The position numbers and the translations under genes were made by a program. Under the pieces are notes generated by a model that was not told the origin of the DNA, did not search any database, and saw nothing but the letters and a program-made list of their open reading frames with translations. A DNA stretch of 64,000 nucleotides from a virus (taxonomy: Duplodnaviria; Caudoviricetes): positions 192,001 to 256,000 of the IMG/VR virus record IMGVR_UViG_3300034126_000020; one strand, 5' to 3'. Shown here one piece after another: positions 20,001 to 29,615 of the stretch (the first letter of the stretch is position 1; every line of letters begins with the position of its first letter).

Positions 20001-21415
20001 TTCGACTTGTCCCACGGGTCTGGCATCGTCTTGTAGGATTCTGCCAGCCGTTGCATCCGGCGATACTGCGCTGCCGTCAGGATGTCCTTCTCCACCAACT
20101 CGTCGATCTTGCTTTGGATCGAACTGGTCAGGGTGTGTTCAGTTGCACCGTCAGCCACGATCTGCGAGACTTGAGCCACAGGCTCTGCACCGGTCTCAAT
20201 GACCAGTTCACCGTCTTCGTCTTCCATGATAGCGTCGGAGGTAGACACTGCTGGCTCGTCCAAAGACTCGGCCAGTTCTTCTTCCTCTTCTACCAGCATC
20301 TCGTCAGCACCCAATTCCTTACGGGCCTGTGCTTCTTGCTGCTTGTCTTCTTCGGCTTCAGCGGCATCGTCAGCGGCTGTGACCTGTTGCTGCGCTTCAG
20401 CCTCTTGAGGCGTGATCACCGCGACCGGGTTGGTCTGATCAATGATCTTGGTCAGCAACTTCAGGAATCGCACCTGTATGATCTTAGGATCAAGACCTTG
20501 CCCAGCTTCCATCGACACGCCCATGTCTTCGTCAAGGGTTTCATCCCCTGCGTTTTCCATGGAGACGTAACGCTGGTAAGTGTCTTCGAAGTCGAAGTCT
20601 TCACTCACCGGTTGTTCGACGAACGATTCCATCGACACGCCAACGCCTTGCTTACGCCAGCCGTTGAGCAGGCCGAGGTTCAGGCTGATCCAACCAGCGT
20701 CCTTACGGATAACCAGTTCGATCTCACTCAGGCGTGACTCATCCAGCTTGGCCATCGGTGCACGTTGACGGTTCTCACCCAACCAGATAAACAGGTCGAG
20801 CAAGTCCAGACGTTCACGCGTGTTGAACACCTGCATCAGCGTCGGAGTCATGCCCCGTTCAGCTTTACGCAGGTCAGACAACGCTGGCAGGGTCTGAGGC
20901 AGATCAAACAGGATGATGTGATGCCGTTCGTGTTCAGTCTTCAACTGATTGAACCGATCCCACTGAGTGGTCCTGAGGTTGCGCCAGTTCCACCAGCGAC
21001 TCAAGGCCGACCGTTGATACTTGTACATCTGCGCGACCATGGCGTAGTTGACTACGAGCATGTTCAGGGGTTCTTTTGCCGCTGCTTCATAATCCCGCAT
21101 TGGGCGGATGGTCATGTTCTCGCGACGGTACTGCTGCATCATTGGAGCGAGTTGCTTGAACGTGGAACGAGGGTTACCCTCCTTCGATAGCAGGTCAGGG
21201 ACATGGTCAATGAAGATCAGTCGCTGAGCCGCTTGAATGATCTGGCTGCCAGCAGCCGGACCCAGTTCGGTTTCATTCATCGGCATGTAGTGGACGTTGG
21301 CACCACGAGGCAAACCGAATCGTGCGATTGGTCTTACTCGTGGGTTCTCCAACTCTCCTAGCCTACGGATGCCGAACAGTTTCATGTAGCGGTCATACAG
21401 AAACATTACGGCCAT
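17027..21415 (-). CDS. rpoB: Virion RNA polymerase beta subunit, large N-terminal fragment (phiKZ gp178-like)
   Basis: 1462 aa with beta motifs GGRGGRS, ESTVDSGDV, DDPKRVNFIGIQQSH, GYTLEDS and GDKAVFCNQMKTV. Confidence 0.92.
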   Translation of the reverse strand: MAVMFLYDRYMKLFGIRRLGELENPRVRPIARFGLPRGANVHYMPMNETELGPAAGSQIIQAAQRLIFIDHVPDLLSKEGNPRSTFKQLAPMMQQYRRENMTIRPMRDYEAAAKEPLNMLVVNYAMVAQMYKYQRSALSRWWNWRNLRTTQWDRFNQLKTEHERHHIILFDLPQTLPALSDLRKAERGMTPTLMQVFNTRERLDLLDLFIWLGENRQRAPMAKLDESRLSEIELVIRKDAGWISLNLGLLNGWRKQGVGVSMESFVEQPVSEDFDFEDTYQRYVSMENAGDETLDEDMGVSMEAGQGLDPKIIQVRFLKLLTKIIDQTNPVAVITPQEAEAQQQVTAADDAAEAEEDKQQEAQARKELGADEMLVEEEEELAESLDEPAVSTSDAIMEDEDGELVIETGAEPVAQVSQIVADGATEHTLTSSIQSKIDELVEKDILTAAQYRRMQRLAESYKTMPDPWDKSKTVETSLDIKQEDLVLQESEPYPEMESVRDKSMLQSTVEKMDSQYIEKVMKSDILNAVMSVQKAGVAVTGYEIETVQDAVSHYEIHKVQLTPVTGKPSTISFRVPVVDKRGSYTSNGQKYRLRTQKSDVPIRKVNAIRVALTSYYSKLFVERSQRAVFNYDNWIAKQIIAKGMDPGDTTITNVKIANVADYSLDLPTAYTVIGSRVMSFEANGHYWFDYKNRERSRLFDMKLVETLEAEHKGMVVVGRRGQRYIMVDRESAFYLVDSKNNQVSELGQIEDILGLNKDKSPVSMAEISIFGKVMPVGIALAYLLGLKGLLELTGARYRAVPLGTRVQMSDDEYAIKFLDETLVMEKSDVKNSMIFAGFLHYHKSVRQFSRHSFNDKDVYFNILEANGIGLRYLRELDLMNAMWVDPITKGVLEWMKEPTEFIPLLTRAVEMLVTRYVPTKVEGADGLVDGQERAKGYERIPGAIYAELVRSIRVYNSRGAGATSQVTMKPHEVWTNIVQDPASAIVDDINPIQNLKQKEIITYGGRGGRSSRSMTAEARLYKESDIGFISESTVDSGDVAVITYMSPNANITSVRGTVRAYDKETDGAANIVSTSALISPFADRDDPKRVNFIGIQQSHVISSDGYRESPISTGYDHVLAHRVDEIFAVPATKSGEVIERTDTHMVVAYDDGTFEHLDLTTQYGISAGSVYPQKQDTTFQLGDKVKPGDILKFNSGFFKPSRFEPRQVQWKAGVIARTALMEAGYTLEDSSAIDDWLAGQLGSEVTKVKTIVVQFGQHIRNLVKQGDHTDISSILCTIEDAVTAEAGLFSDEDLETLRKMGSAAPLAGAVGEVSKIEVFYHGDPDDMSDSLLELVTAHDKQRRKVSKRLGKPVVTGQVDQSLRIDGNGLELDHVAIKVYITHREGMGVGDKAVFCNQMKTVVGHRLSGVNETKSGSRINAVFGAKSVMDRIVSSALLIGMSISVQRAIGEKAAEMWMSNDTK

Positions 21416-23063
21416 GTTTGAATCGTCCTGTCAGGTTGGTTACGACGTACTTGATGGTGTCGTAGTCGTAGGAGGATGTGAGGTTGCCCCCTGCATCGAT
21501 CCAGTGGTTACGTGACCTGAGGATACGGTCATTCTCAACCAGAGCCTCTTTAGACATTACCAGTGTTGCTGAGCCAGTGTCACCATCGAAGTCCGCTGCC
21601 AACCCAACCAATTTGGTCGAGTGTGGGGACTGAGTGTCCATAAAGGACGTCGATCCCGTTTTAGGGAACTCTTGCGCCACATGCTCGTCATCGTCGTACG
21701 GTTGCCAGTTGTCATCGAGCTCTACTCGACGTTCACCGACCACAGTCGTCTTGACGTACACACGGCTTGGGTAGATGGACCCTAGACCCGAGATCGGGTA
21801 ACGACAGATCTGTGCATAGTAGCGGTTCCAGTATTGGTAACCACACAGGTACAGCAGTTCCACGAGGTTGATCGGGTGCACGTCATTGCGGTTCAAGTGA
21901 GCCGGCATGTCGTGGATGTCGAAGAACACCTTGAACGTGTTGTCCGGGCCTTTGTAGATGAGGGCCAAGTAATGACCTTCGATCTCAACCGGCCGTGTCC
22001 GCATCTCCGTCATCTGGTAACGGTCGATCACGCTGGTCAGACCATCACGGGTCGACCATTGGTCTCGGGTGTCTGGCGAGAGACTCACCCACGCTGGACG
22101 CAGGGTCTTCGGATCGATCAATTGAGCCTGACCTTCCCCGTTCTGAATCAGGTGCCCGAAGGTCCGACGCATGTGGTGAAGGGTCAATGGAGTCAGGCCT
22201 TTGATAACCTGGAACAACCCGAGGGTCGTGCTATCGAACCCTGGAGCGTTGGTGTCGTTGAGGTTGGCAATGGACGTATCCATCACGGTCAACACGTTCC
22301 GCGTACCGTAGACCACTTTACGAGAGGCCCACTTGTCCAAGATGAAACCGTTCTTACCTGCCAACATGCCTTCAATGAGGTCGTAGATCTCAGAGAGGGT
22401 ATTGGTCAGCGCGTTCCGGGCAATGTTGAGTGCCGGAGATTCCATGTCGCTGGTGATCGGGATCGTGTTGGAGATCGACAGTGCACGGTAGTACAAGTCG
22501 TGGATCTCGTTCTTGGTGGTCACGCCGTTATCATCGACTTCGATGTCACGCATACCAGCAGGCAACACAGGGATGAATCGAGTCAGGGCAAACTCACGCC
22601 ACTTCTCGATGAATTCCACCCGAATACGACGGGTCGGTGATTTGGACTTACGCAGTTCCAGCTGTGGGAAGTGCTTCACGAAGAAGCTGTAGCCAGTCTC
22701 GGCCTTCTCAGAACTGTCAGCGATGAAGTCTTTGGTCACCGGGTCAAAGATAGCTGTCTCACGACCGGACACAATGCCGCGGTAGATAGACTTCAGACTC
22801 ATGAGGTCACGGAAGATCTTCGGATGGAAGATTTGGACCTTCAAGTCGATGTAAGAAAACGCACCATCACGCTCATCAGAACCCACACGTCCGAAGATGG
22901 TGGTGGAGTACAGACCTTGGTCATGGAACTCAGCGCTGGCCCCGTCATAAATGTCGAGACTGGTGACGGGGGTCATGCGTGCGACACGTTCACGTGTGAG
23001 CACCATGGGCCAAACCTTGGCTGGAGTCTGGGCGTATCTAATGCCCGAGCCAGAGTCCGTCAT
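21393..23063 (-). CDS. rpoC: Virion RNA polymerase beta' fragment carrying the catalytic motif (phiKZ gp180-like)
   Basis: Catalytic AADFDGD, GLYSTTIFG, IPVLPAGMRD and QICRYP. Start moved to MTDSGSG (AAGGAG RBS). Confidence 0.92.
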   Translation of the reverse strand: MTDSGSGIRYAQTPAKVWPMVLTRERVARMTPVTSLDIYDGASAEFHDQGLYSTTIFGRVGSDERDGAFSYIDLKVQIFHPKIFRDLMSLKSIYRGIVSGRETAIFDPVTKDFIADSSEKAETGYSFFVKHFPQLELRKSKSPTRRIRVEFIEKWREFALTRFIPVLPAGMRDIEVDDNGVTTKNEIHDLYYRALSISNTIPITSDMESPALNIARNALTNTLSEIYDLIEGMLAGKNGFILDKWASRKVVYGTRNVLTVMDTSIANLNDTNAPGFDSTTLGLFQVIKGLTPLTLHHMRRTFGHLIQNGEGQAQLIDPKTLRPAWVSLSPDTRDQWSTRDGLTSVIDRYQMTEMRTRPVEIEGHYLALIYKGPDNTFKVFFDIHDMPAHLNRNDVHPINLVELLYLCGYQYWNRYYAQICRYPISGLGSIYPSRVYVKTTVVGERRVELDDNWQPYDDDEHVAQEFPKTGSTSFMDTQSPHSTKLVGLAADFDGDTGSATLVMSKEALVENDRILRSRNHWIDAGGNLTSSYDYDTIKYVVTNLTGRFKHGRNVSV

Positions 23064-23170
23064 GAGACTCCTTGCTTCAGTGGTCATAAATGCTTCCCGT
23101 AAGTTTAGGAGTCGTTTCGACAGTTGGTATGAAGGAGGCTTAGTATAATAAGCCAATTTGGAGAATTTCG

Positions 23171-26100
23171 ATGGCAAAGAAAGATGTCGATTTGGACCAT
23201 CTCGACCTCGACGATTTCGACTTTGACATCCCTGAGTGGAAGTCCGACTCCGAAGTCGACGACAATTCGAGAAAGCCCATTGAACGAGTTGCCAAAGGCG
23301 CTCTGTCCGGGGTTAAAGACGAGCTGGCCAGCAAGAACGCCCTGCGCAAAGCCTTGACACTGGCTTTGCCCTCGGGCTATGGCTTGGCCGCAGACACCAT
23401 TGAGAACGTCGCAACCGACGCACGATCGCTATACGATAAGGTGACTGGCGACTCGCCTCAACTGGTTCGTGGTAGTAAAGCTTTCGGTCGTAAAGCCATG
23501 CAGCTGGTTGGTAACAAGCTTCTGACGAAGAAGGCTTCGGACCGACTCAACAGCGCACTGGAAGATAACGACGACGGCCCGGTCAAATCCGCGGCGCAAT
23601 ACCGTAAGGAACAAGAAGACAACGACATCGCTCAATTGGCTGAGATCTTCAAAGCCAAGACCGGTGCCGATGAAGAGCGTGCGAAGCAAGAAGCCGCTGG
23701 GAAACTGGAAGACAAAGCTCTTGACCAGGTCCGCTTCAAGTCCAACATCCAAGTTCTGTCTGCTATCAACCGCTCCATGGCGCGGATGGTTGGCTACCAG
23801 GACAAGATCACTGCCAAGTACCAGCAGAAGATGCTGGAACTCAACTACCGTCAGTTTGCGACACAGAAGCAACTGCTGGATGTAATGGCAGAAGCAACTC
23901 AGAAGCAAGCCCAGATCCTTGAATCCATTCGCCACAACACCGCGCTTCCTGAGGCAGTGAAAATCCGTGGCAGTGAGATGTTCAAGCAGATGGCGCATCA
24001 GCGTCTGATGGGGAGTGGTCTCAACACCATTTCCAACTGGTCTCAAAACTACACCAAACAAATCATGGACAACGTCCAAGGTCTTGTGCAAGGCGTCGTC
24101 AGTCCGCTGACTGAAGCCCAAAACATGACTGAAGGCATGGACATCGACAAACACGCGATGGGCGGTCGTGTTGTAGGTTCGATGATCGGTTCCGGTATCC
24201 GTGATCAAGCTGCGATGCACGTTGCACCGTGGCTGTACAAGAACAAAACGATTGCCAAAGGCGGTGAAGCACTGCGCACCACGTTCTCTGGCATGCCTCA
24301 AAAGGTTAACGAATACGCCCAGTCGGAAACCAAAGGCAACGGCTTCAAGTCTGTCATGACGCAGATGTTCAAAACCTTCCTGCCGCAGTTCTCTTTGGAC
24401 TCGCGACCAGGTGGTGACAGCGTCGACAAACTGGATGAGATCGGCACGTTCGACAAGATTGCCCGTCGTTCCCTGATCGAGATCATCCCGGGGTACCTGT
24501 CTGAGATTGCTCACTGGTCCAAAGTGGCAGTCACGGGTGAAAAGGATTCCGAGAAGCAAGTGTACAACGTGGTCCGTGGTGGCTTTACATCTCAGGGTGA
24601 AAACCTGAAGGATGTGGGTCGTCAGATCATGAGCCGTTCGGAGCGTGATTCGCTGCGTACTGCCGCTGATGACTTCATCAAGACGATCGGTGGCGACACT
24701 ATGTCGTCCAAGGCCCAGCGCGCCCTCAAGAAGAAATTGCTTGATGAGCTGGCCAACGGTCGTGACCTTGTGCCTAAACGCTTGGTTGATCCTGCCGAAT
24801 ACCCTAACGTTGACGTTGGGATTGTGGATGAGATCACTTCGCTGATTGCCGACACATTCAACCTTGATCACGAGGGGAATCGTCAGGACCAATCGACTGA
24901 AGGAGCTGGGCGATTCAACGACATCCGTGACAAGTTCCTGGGTATGGCGAGCATGATCCCCGCTGCGGGTGATCGCATTCGTATCTTGGGCGATGTCCTC
25001 GGCAAAGACTCCCTGCGCAAGTTGGGCTATGTTGAGCGTCAAGGCCGTGACGACCGGATCAACTACGACAAGATCTGGGGGTCAGTACTCGATGAAGATG
25101 ACGAAGACGGCGCAGGCGGAGCTCCGAAAGGTGGCCCGGATGCTGATAATAGCGGTGGTAAGCGTTCTGATCGTGGTTCTCGGTCTTCTAAAGGTCGTCG
25201 CGATCTTTCCCGTCGTGCTGATCGAGCTGATCGCATGGATGGTGCTCGGCGTGGACTCGGACAAGGAGCCTCGGGCCTAGAACATTACCTCGGTGACAAG
25301 TCTACCCTGATTACCCTGATCACTCAGTCGCGTGACTTCCATTCGGAAACGGTGGAACTGCTCAAGCAACTGGCAGCCTGTGGTTGCCATGGTGAAGGCA
25401 GTGGTGGGAGTAAGCTTGGCGATTACGGAACCCAGACCAAAGCCGCTATGAAGCGCATGCGCAAACGCGGTGGTCAGTTCGCTACACAAGCGAATCAATG
25501 GGGGCAAGACAAGTTCAAGATGGGCCAAGAGAAGTACGGCACCGCTAAGCAACTTGCGAAGGACATCTGGATTCAGGGTGAAGACCACCCTCGCTTGGTA
25601 GAGGCTAAGCTTCAAGCCGGCGAGTACCGCGACAAGGTCTCCAACAAGGTGATCAAGAAGTGGGAAGACATCCAAGGTGATGTGATTGACCTCAAAGGCC
25701 GGACGGTAGCCCGTTACAACGAGATCGTCGATGAAGGCGTGATCGCGGACTATAAAGGAAAGATCACTGGCACGTTTGCTGAGAAGTACGCCAAGCTCAA
25801 GAACAGTGGGGCTGGGATGTGGGCAGCCGGTGCAGTTGCTGGAGGCCGTGCTCAGCTCGGCAAGTTGGGCGGTACCATCAAGGACATGAAAGGTACAGGC
25901 GGTGCTAACGAGTTCATCGACAACCTCGGTCGTCGGGTGTCTGATAAGGGCGCCATGGTCTCGAAAGAACTGCAACAACAACGTCGTAAGTTCAGGCCTC
26001 GTGTCAAGCGCATGATGTCTCGTTTCACTGGCGGTAAGGTGGGGGCTGATGTCACCAGCGAACTGACCGGGGATCAAGAACAAGACATGCTGACTCTGAC

Positions 26101-29100
26101 GCTTCGTTCTGTGCAATTGCAGTACGAAACCTTGAAACAGGTGACCAAGGAAAAGGTGCGTAAGGGTTCGTTCACGGAGATCAACTCCAAACGTGACGAG
26201 ATGGTGAACAAAGCCAAGGAGATGGCGAAAGAGAAAGGTCAAGCGGTGCAGGGGCTGTTTGGTAAGGCAGGAGGTCTCGCCGGCCTCATGGCAATGCTGA
26301 GCGGCAAGAAAGGACAGGATGGCGGAGATGAGGAAGGCGGTGGTGGTGGGATTATGGACAGCCTTGGCGATCTCTTCGGAGGCGGTGAGGAAGGTCGTAA
26401 ACGCCGTGGCGGTCGGACTAACTCTCGTCGTGCAGGGCGTGTCGGTAAGCTGGGCAAGATTGCCAACTGGGGCGGTCGCCAACTCGACAAGATGGGGACG
26501 GCTGGTAAAATCCTCAAAGGCGGTTTGAAAGGTGGTGCCTGGTTGACCAAGAACACAGCCAAACTCGGATGGTGGGGCGCTAAGACCGCTGGCCGTTTGG
26601 GGATGGGTGCGTTGCGGTTGGGCGGTAGTATCCTGACGAACCCGCTGACACGGATGGCAGCAGGCTTTGCAGGCCGGATGGCCATGGGTGCTCTGTTGGG
26701 TGCGGCTGGTCTGGTATCGGCGCCTGTATTGGCCGCTGTCGCAGTCGTAGGTGGTGCAATTGCAGTAGGTGCTTACATCTACAGTCGCAACAAGGACAAG
26801 TTGCCTCCACTGACTCGCCTTCGCATGGTTCAGTACGGGATCAAACCCAAGACTGACAGCGATGAGCTGAAGACCCTGCTGGAACTGGAGAAGATCTTCG
26901 CTTCCCAGACTGCTGTCGACTCGGAAGGTAAAGCCACGGTTAACTCTCAAGGCCTGCCTCAAGACAAGATCATGCAGCTGTTCAAGATCGACACCAGCAT
27001 CCCGGCTGAAGAGAACGAAACCTACGGGCGCCTCATCAAATACCTGACGGGTCGTTTCTCTGCTGTCTACCTGCAACACGTTTCCAACATGCACGCACTG
27101 ACCAAGTCCATGGATCTGAGCCAGATCGACGCTAAGATCACTGGCAAGGTAGCCATGGGCTTTGTTGATAAGGTGGCAATGGCTGATCGTCAGGAAGTGT
27201 TCAATGCCATGGTCGGTCCTTTCGAGGATGAGAAACTGGACATGGACTCTGGTGACGTGAAGGACACCGTTGCTGAGGTCAAGGGAGAGATCCAGGAATA
27301 CATCAATGAAAACGAAAAGACAGGCAAAGACAAAACCGACCAGAACATGGTCGACGCTGTGGCTGCTGCTGGTGGGATCAGTGCTGGTGCTGTTGCTAAG
27401 GTCGCAGCCAATGCTGATAAGCAATCCAGTGCGGGTACAGCTGCCTCGAAACCATCCGGAGCTGGTACTGGCGTAGAAGCCACCAGCAAAACCACTGGCG
27501 CTAACCTCACTGCGGCTCAAACCGTTTCGTGGGCTGGCAATGGCGGCATGGCGGCTGCTGCAACTGCGGCTATCTTGGCTGGCAGTAACCGTGACGGTGA
27601 AATCGACGATGGCAAACCAGTGCGGTACCGTGTCTACGGTCTGACTGAGATGCTGATGATCAAAGTCGGTCAACTGGATCGGTTGGAGGGTGCACTGTAC
27701 CCACTGGTGACCTACGACAACGAGAAGCAGGCGTTCTTCAAAGACCCTGCTCAGGCGTACGGCATTGCGGAAGCTTTGTTCTCGCCGATCGGCCCTGAGG
27801 CTGATTCGTTGTACGTGTGGTTCTACCGTCGGTTCATGCCTACCTTCTTGCAGTTCTGTTCCTCGGTCCGTGCGCGTGCTAACATTGACGCCAAGGATGC
27901 CGCTGAACGCCTGAAGCCACAAGAACTGTTGGAAGTCCTGAGAGAGACAGCCACCACTCGCGACAACTCCGGTATCTCCGTGTGGGATATCTCGGAATCG
28001 CCGTGGCCCGGTTACTACCTCAACGATGATGAAGAGACCGTCAAGGAACCTCTTTACATGCTGTCCACCAAAGTCAAAGACAAGACTCTCACTGAGAACG
28101 CTGCTGCGGTAGCGGGTCAAGTCCGAGACAAGGATGGCAAGATCATCGAACAGGATGCGACTCAGGTTAACCGTCCAGCTTCGGCTGATGGTCAGGGTTC
28201 GCAGTCCGCAGGCTCTGGTGGTGCAAGTGGTGCACCTAAGGAAGAGCAAGGCATCTTCTCCAGCATGTGGAGTGGTGTCAAGTCGGTCTTCGGTGGCGGT
28301 GATGACAAAGCCCCTCAACAAGGTAATGTCAGTCCTTCCGGCCAACCGGCAGGCACAGCCTCTGGCCCTACCGCATTTACACCCGGTACTCCGTTGACTC
28401 ACCCAGGTGGTGGTTCGGGCGGTAACATCAACGATGTCCCAGCTCCAACGGGCGATGGTTGGGCGGCTACTCGTGCTACACTCATGTCGGCAGCTAACAT
28501 GGTGGGGGTTGACCCTAACTTGGCAGCGTCGATTGCAGGTGTGGAATCGAACTTCAAGCCAAACGCCATTCCGTACAAGAACCCACGTAACCCAGGCGCA
28601 GGAGTCCTCTCCTCGGCAGCGTCGTTCTACCAAGTGATTAAAGGCACTTGGAAGTCGCTGATGGGCAAGTACGGTGCGAAGTACGGCATCAACCCGAACA
28701 CCACCCAGCATGACCCTCGGGCTAACGCCTTGCTGGGTCTGGAGTACATCAAGGAAAACATCGACGTCATCAAGAAGGTGAAGAACAACGTCACTGACAC
28801 CGACGTTTACCTCGCTCACTTCTTGGGACCGTATGGGGCCAAGCGCTTCCTGTCGGCCCCTCCTGGTGACCCAGCGATCAACCATGTAGGTCCTGAACAA
28901 GCCGCGGCGAACCCGTCTATCTTCTACGATAAGAACAGGAACCCTCGTACCGTAGCGGCGGTGTATAACGACTTCGATGGGAAGTTGCAAAAACACCGTC
29001 AAGCTGATGCCATGCAGATCGCCAGTTCCATGAAAGGCGGTCAGCCAGTAGCAGGCGCTAGTACAGCTGCTGAAGGACCTTCCACCGCCGCAGAAGAGCA

Positions 29101-29557
29101 AGCCTCAGGTCAATCTACCGTTGCAGCCACCGGACCAGAAGTACCGTCCATGGTGAAACCGGCTGATGGGGCTACTCCAAATACTGTGGCAGAAAGCCCA
29201 GCCAATGCTGACACCCCAGGAATGGCGGAGAAAGCAGACGCTCGTCAAACGCAGAACACCACTGCGTCCTTGGCGATGGCGGCCAAAACGGCTGAGGTGC
29301 AAAGCTCTGGCCAAACCGCTGCAAACACCAACACGTATGGTGGTGCAGATAAAATGATGAGCCGTCTGGTTGAAGTCAACGAGGGACAACTTGAACAGTT
29401 GATCTCCTTGGTGGAATTGATCAGGAACGGTGGCTCTGCAATGCCGAATGCGGCTCAGACTCCTTCGGGACCTCAGGTTGCACAGACAACGCAGAACCCA
29501 TCGATCAACACCCCTAAAGCTGCAAACAAGGGGACGGTTTCGGTAGGTCGGACGTAG
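23171..29557 (+). CDS. Tape-measure / tail-associated lytic transglycosylase (phiKZ gp181-like)
   Basis: 2128 aa, helical N-half and a central hydrophobic segment. C-terminal SLT domain: GVDPNLAASIAGVESNF...DPRANALLG...YLAHFLG. Confidence 0.9.
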   Translation: MAKKDVDLDHLDLDDFDFDIPEWKSDSEVDDNSRKPIERVAKGALSGVKDELASKNALRKALTLALPSGYGLAADTIENVATDARSLYDKVTGDSPQLVRGSKAFGRKAMQLVGNKLLTKKASDRLNSALEDNDDGPVKSAAQYRKEQEDNDIAQLAEIFKAKTGADEERAKQEAAGKLEDKALDQVRFKSNIQVLSAINRSMARMVGYQDKITAKYQQKMLELNYRQFATQKQLLDVMAEATQKQAQILESIRHNTALPEAVKIRGSEMFKQMAHQRLMGSGLNTISNWSQNYTKQIMDNVQGLVQGVVSPLTEAQNMTEGMDIDKHAMGGRVVGSMIGSGIRDQAAMHVAPWLYKNKTIAKGGEALRTTFSGMPQKVNEYAQSETKGNGFKSVMTQMFKTFLPQFSLDSRPGGDSVDKLDEIGTFDKIARRSLIEIIPGYLSEIAHWSKVAVTGEKDSEKQVYNVVRGGFTSQGENLKDVGRQIMSRSERDSLRTAADDFIKTIGGDTMSSKAQRALKKKLLDELANGRDLVPKRLVDPAEYPNVDVGIVDEITSLIADTFNLDHEGNRQDQSTEGAGRFNDIRDKFLGMASMIPAAGDRIRILGDVLGKDSLRKLGYVERQGRDDRINYDKIWGSVLDEDDEDGAGGAPKGGPDADNSGGKRSDRGSRSSKGRRDLSRRADRADRMDGARRGLGQGASGLEHYLGDKSTLITLITQSRDFHSETVELLKQLAACGCHGEGSGGSKLGDYGTQTKAAMKRMRKRGGQFATQANQWGQDKFKMGQEKYGTAKQLAKDIWIQGEDHPRLVEAKLQAGEYRDKVSNKVIKKWEDIQGDVIDLKGRTVARYNEIVDEGVIADYKGKITGTFAEKYAKLKNSGAGMWAAGAVAGGRAQLGKLGGTIKDMKGTGGANEFIDNLGRRVSDKGAMVSKELQQQRRKFRPRVKRMMSRFTGGKVGADVTSELTGDQEQDMLTLTLRSVQLQYETLKQVTKEKVRKGSFTEINSKRDEMVNKAKEMAKEKGQAVQGLFGKAGGLAGLMAMLSGKKGQDGGDEEGGGGGIMDSLGDLFGGGEEGRKRRGGRTNSRRAGRVGKLGKIANWGGRQLDKMGTAGKILKGGLKGGAWLTKNTAKLGWWGAKTAGRLGMGALRLGGSILTNPLTRMAAGFAGRMAMGALLGAAGLVSAPVLAAVAVVGGAIAVGAYIYSRNKDKLPPLTRLRMVQYGIKPKTDSDELKTLLELEKIFASQTAVDSEGKATVNSQGLPQDKIMQLFKIDTSIPAEENETYGRLIKYLTGRFSAVYLQHVSNMHALTKSMDLSQIDAKITGKVAMGFVDKVAMADRQEVFNAMVGPFEDEKLDMDSGDVKDTVAEVKGEIQEYINENEKTGKDKTDQNMVDAVAAAGGISAGAVAKVAANADKQSSAGTAASKPSGAGTGVEATSKTTGANLTAAQTVSWAGNGGMAAAATAAILAGSNRDGEIDDGKPVRYRVYGLTEMLMIKVGQLDRLEGALYPLVTYDNEKQAFFKDPAQAYGIAEALFSPIGPEADSLYVWFYRRFMPTFLQFCSSVRARANIDAKDAAERLKPQELLEVLRETATTRDNSGISVWDISESPWPGYYLNDDEETVKEPLYMLSTKVKDKTLTENAAAVAGQVRDKDGKIIEQDATQVNRPASADGQGSQSAGSGGASGAPKEEQGIFSSMWSGVKSVFGGGDDKAPQQGNVSPSGQPAGTASGPTAFTPGTPLTHPGGGSGGNINDVPAPTGDGWAATRATLMSAANMVGVDPNLAASIAGVESNFKPNAIPYKNPRNPGAGVLSSAASFYQVIKGTWKSLMGKYGAKYGINPNTTQHDPRANALLGLEYIKENIDVIKKVKNNVTDTDVYLAHFLGPYGAKRFLSAPPGDPAINHVGPEQAAANPSIFYDKNRNPRTVAAVYNDFDGKLQKHRQADAMQIASSMKGGQPVAGASTAAEGPSTAAEEQASGQSTVAATGPEVPSMVKPADGATPNTVAESPANADTPGMAEKADARQTQNTTASLAMAAKTAEVQSSGQTAANTNTYGGADKMMSRLVEVNEGQLEQLISLVELIRNGGSAMPNAAQTPSGPQVAQTTQNPSINTPKAANKGTVSVGRT

Positions 29558-29564
29558 CTACGAG

Positions 29565-29600
29565 GGGTGAGTGGGGGAAACCCTGCTCACCCTTTCTTTT
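29565..29600 (+). terminator. Rho-independent terminator
   Basis: GGGTGAGTGGGG-GAAA-CCCTGCTCACCC followed by TTTCTTTT. Confidence 0.7.
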
Positions 29601-29615
29601 ATCAGAGGTCAAGAC

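Noticed and set aside
17027-23063. Possible introns or inteins in the RNA polymerase genes
   Set aside because: Both ORFs are continuous and of expected size. No intein termini or homing-endonuclease motifs were seen; the acidic insert is a linker.
25277-29101. 1274-aa minus-strand ORF and many similar long antisense ORFs (e.g. 3276-5285, 6303-8009, 17612-19138, 42799-44244, 52187-53578)
   Set aside because: They mirror well-supported genes on the other strand, have no RBS or motifs, and arise from the same codon-bias artefact.
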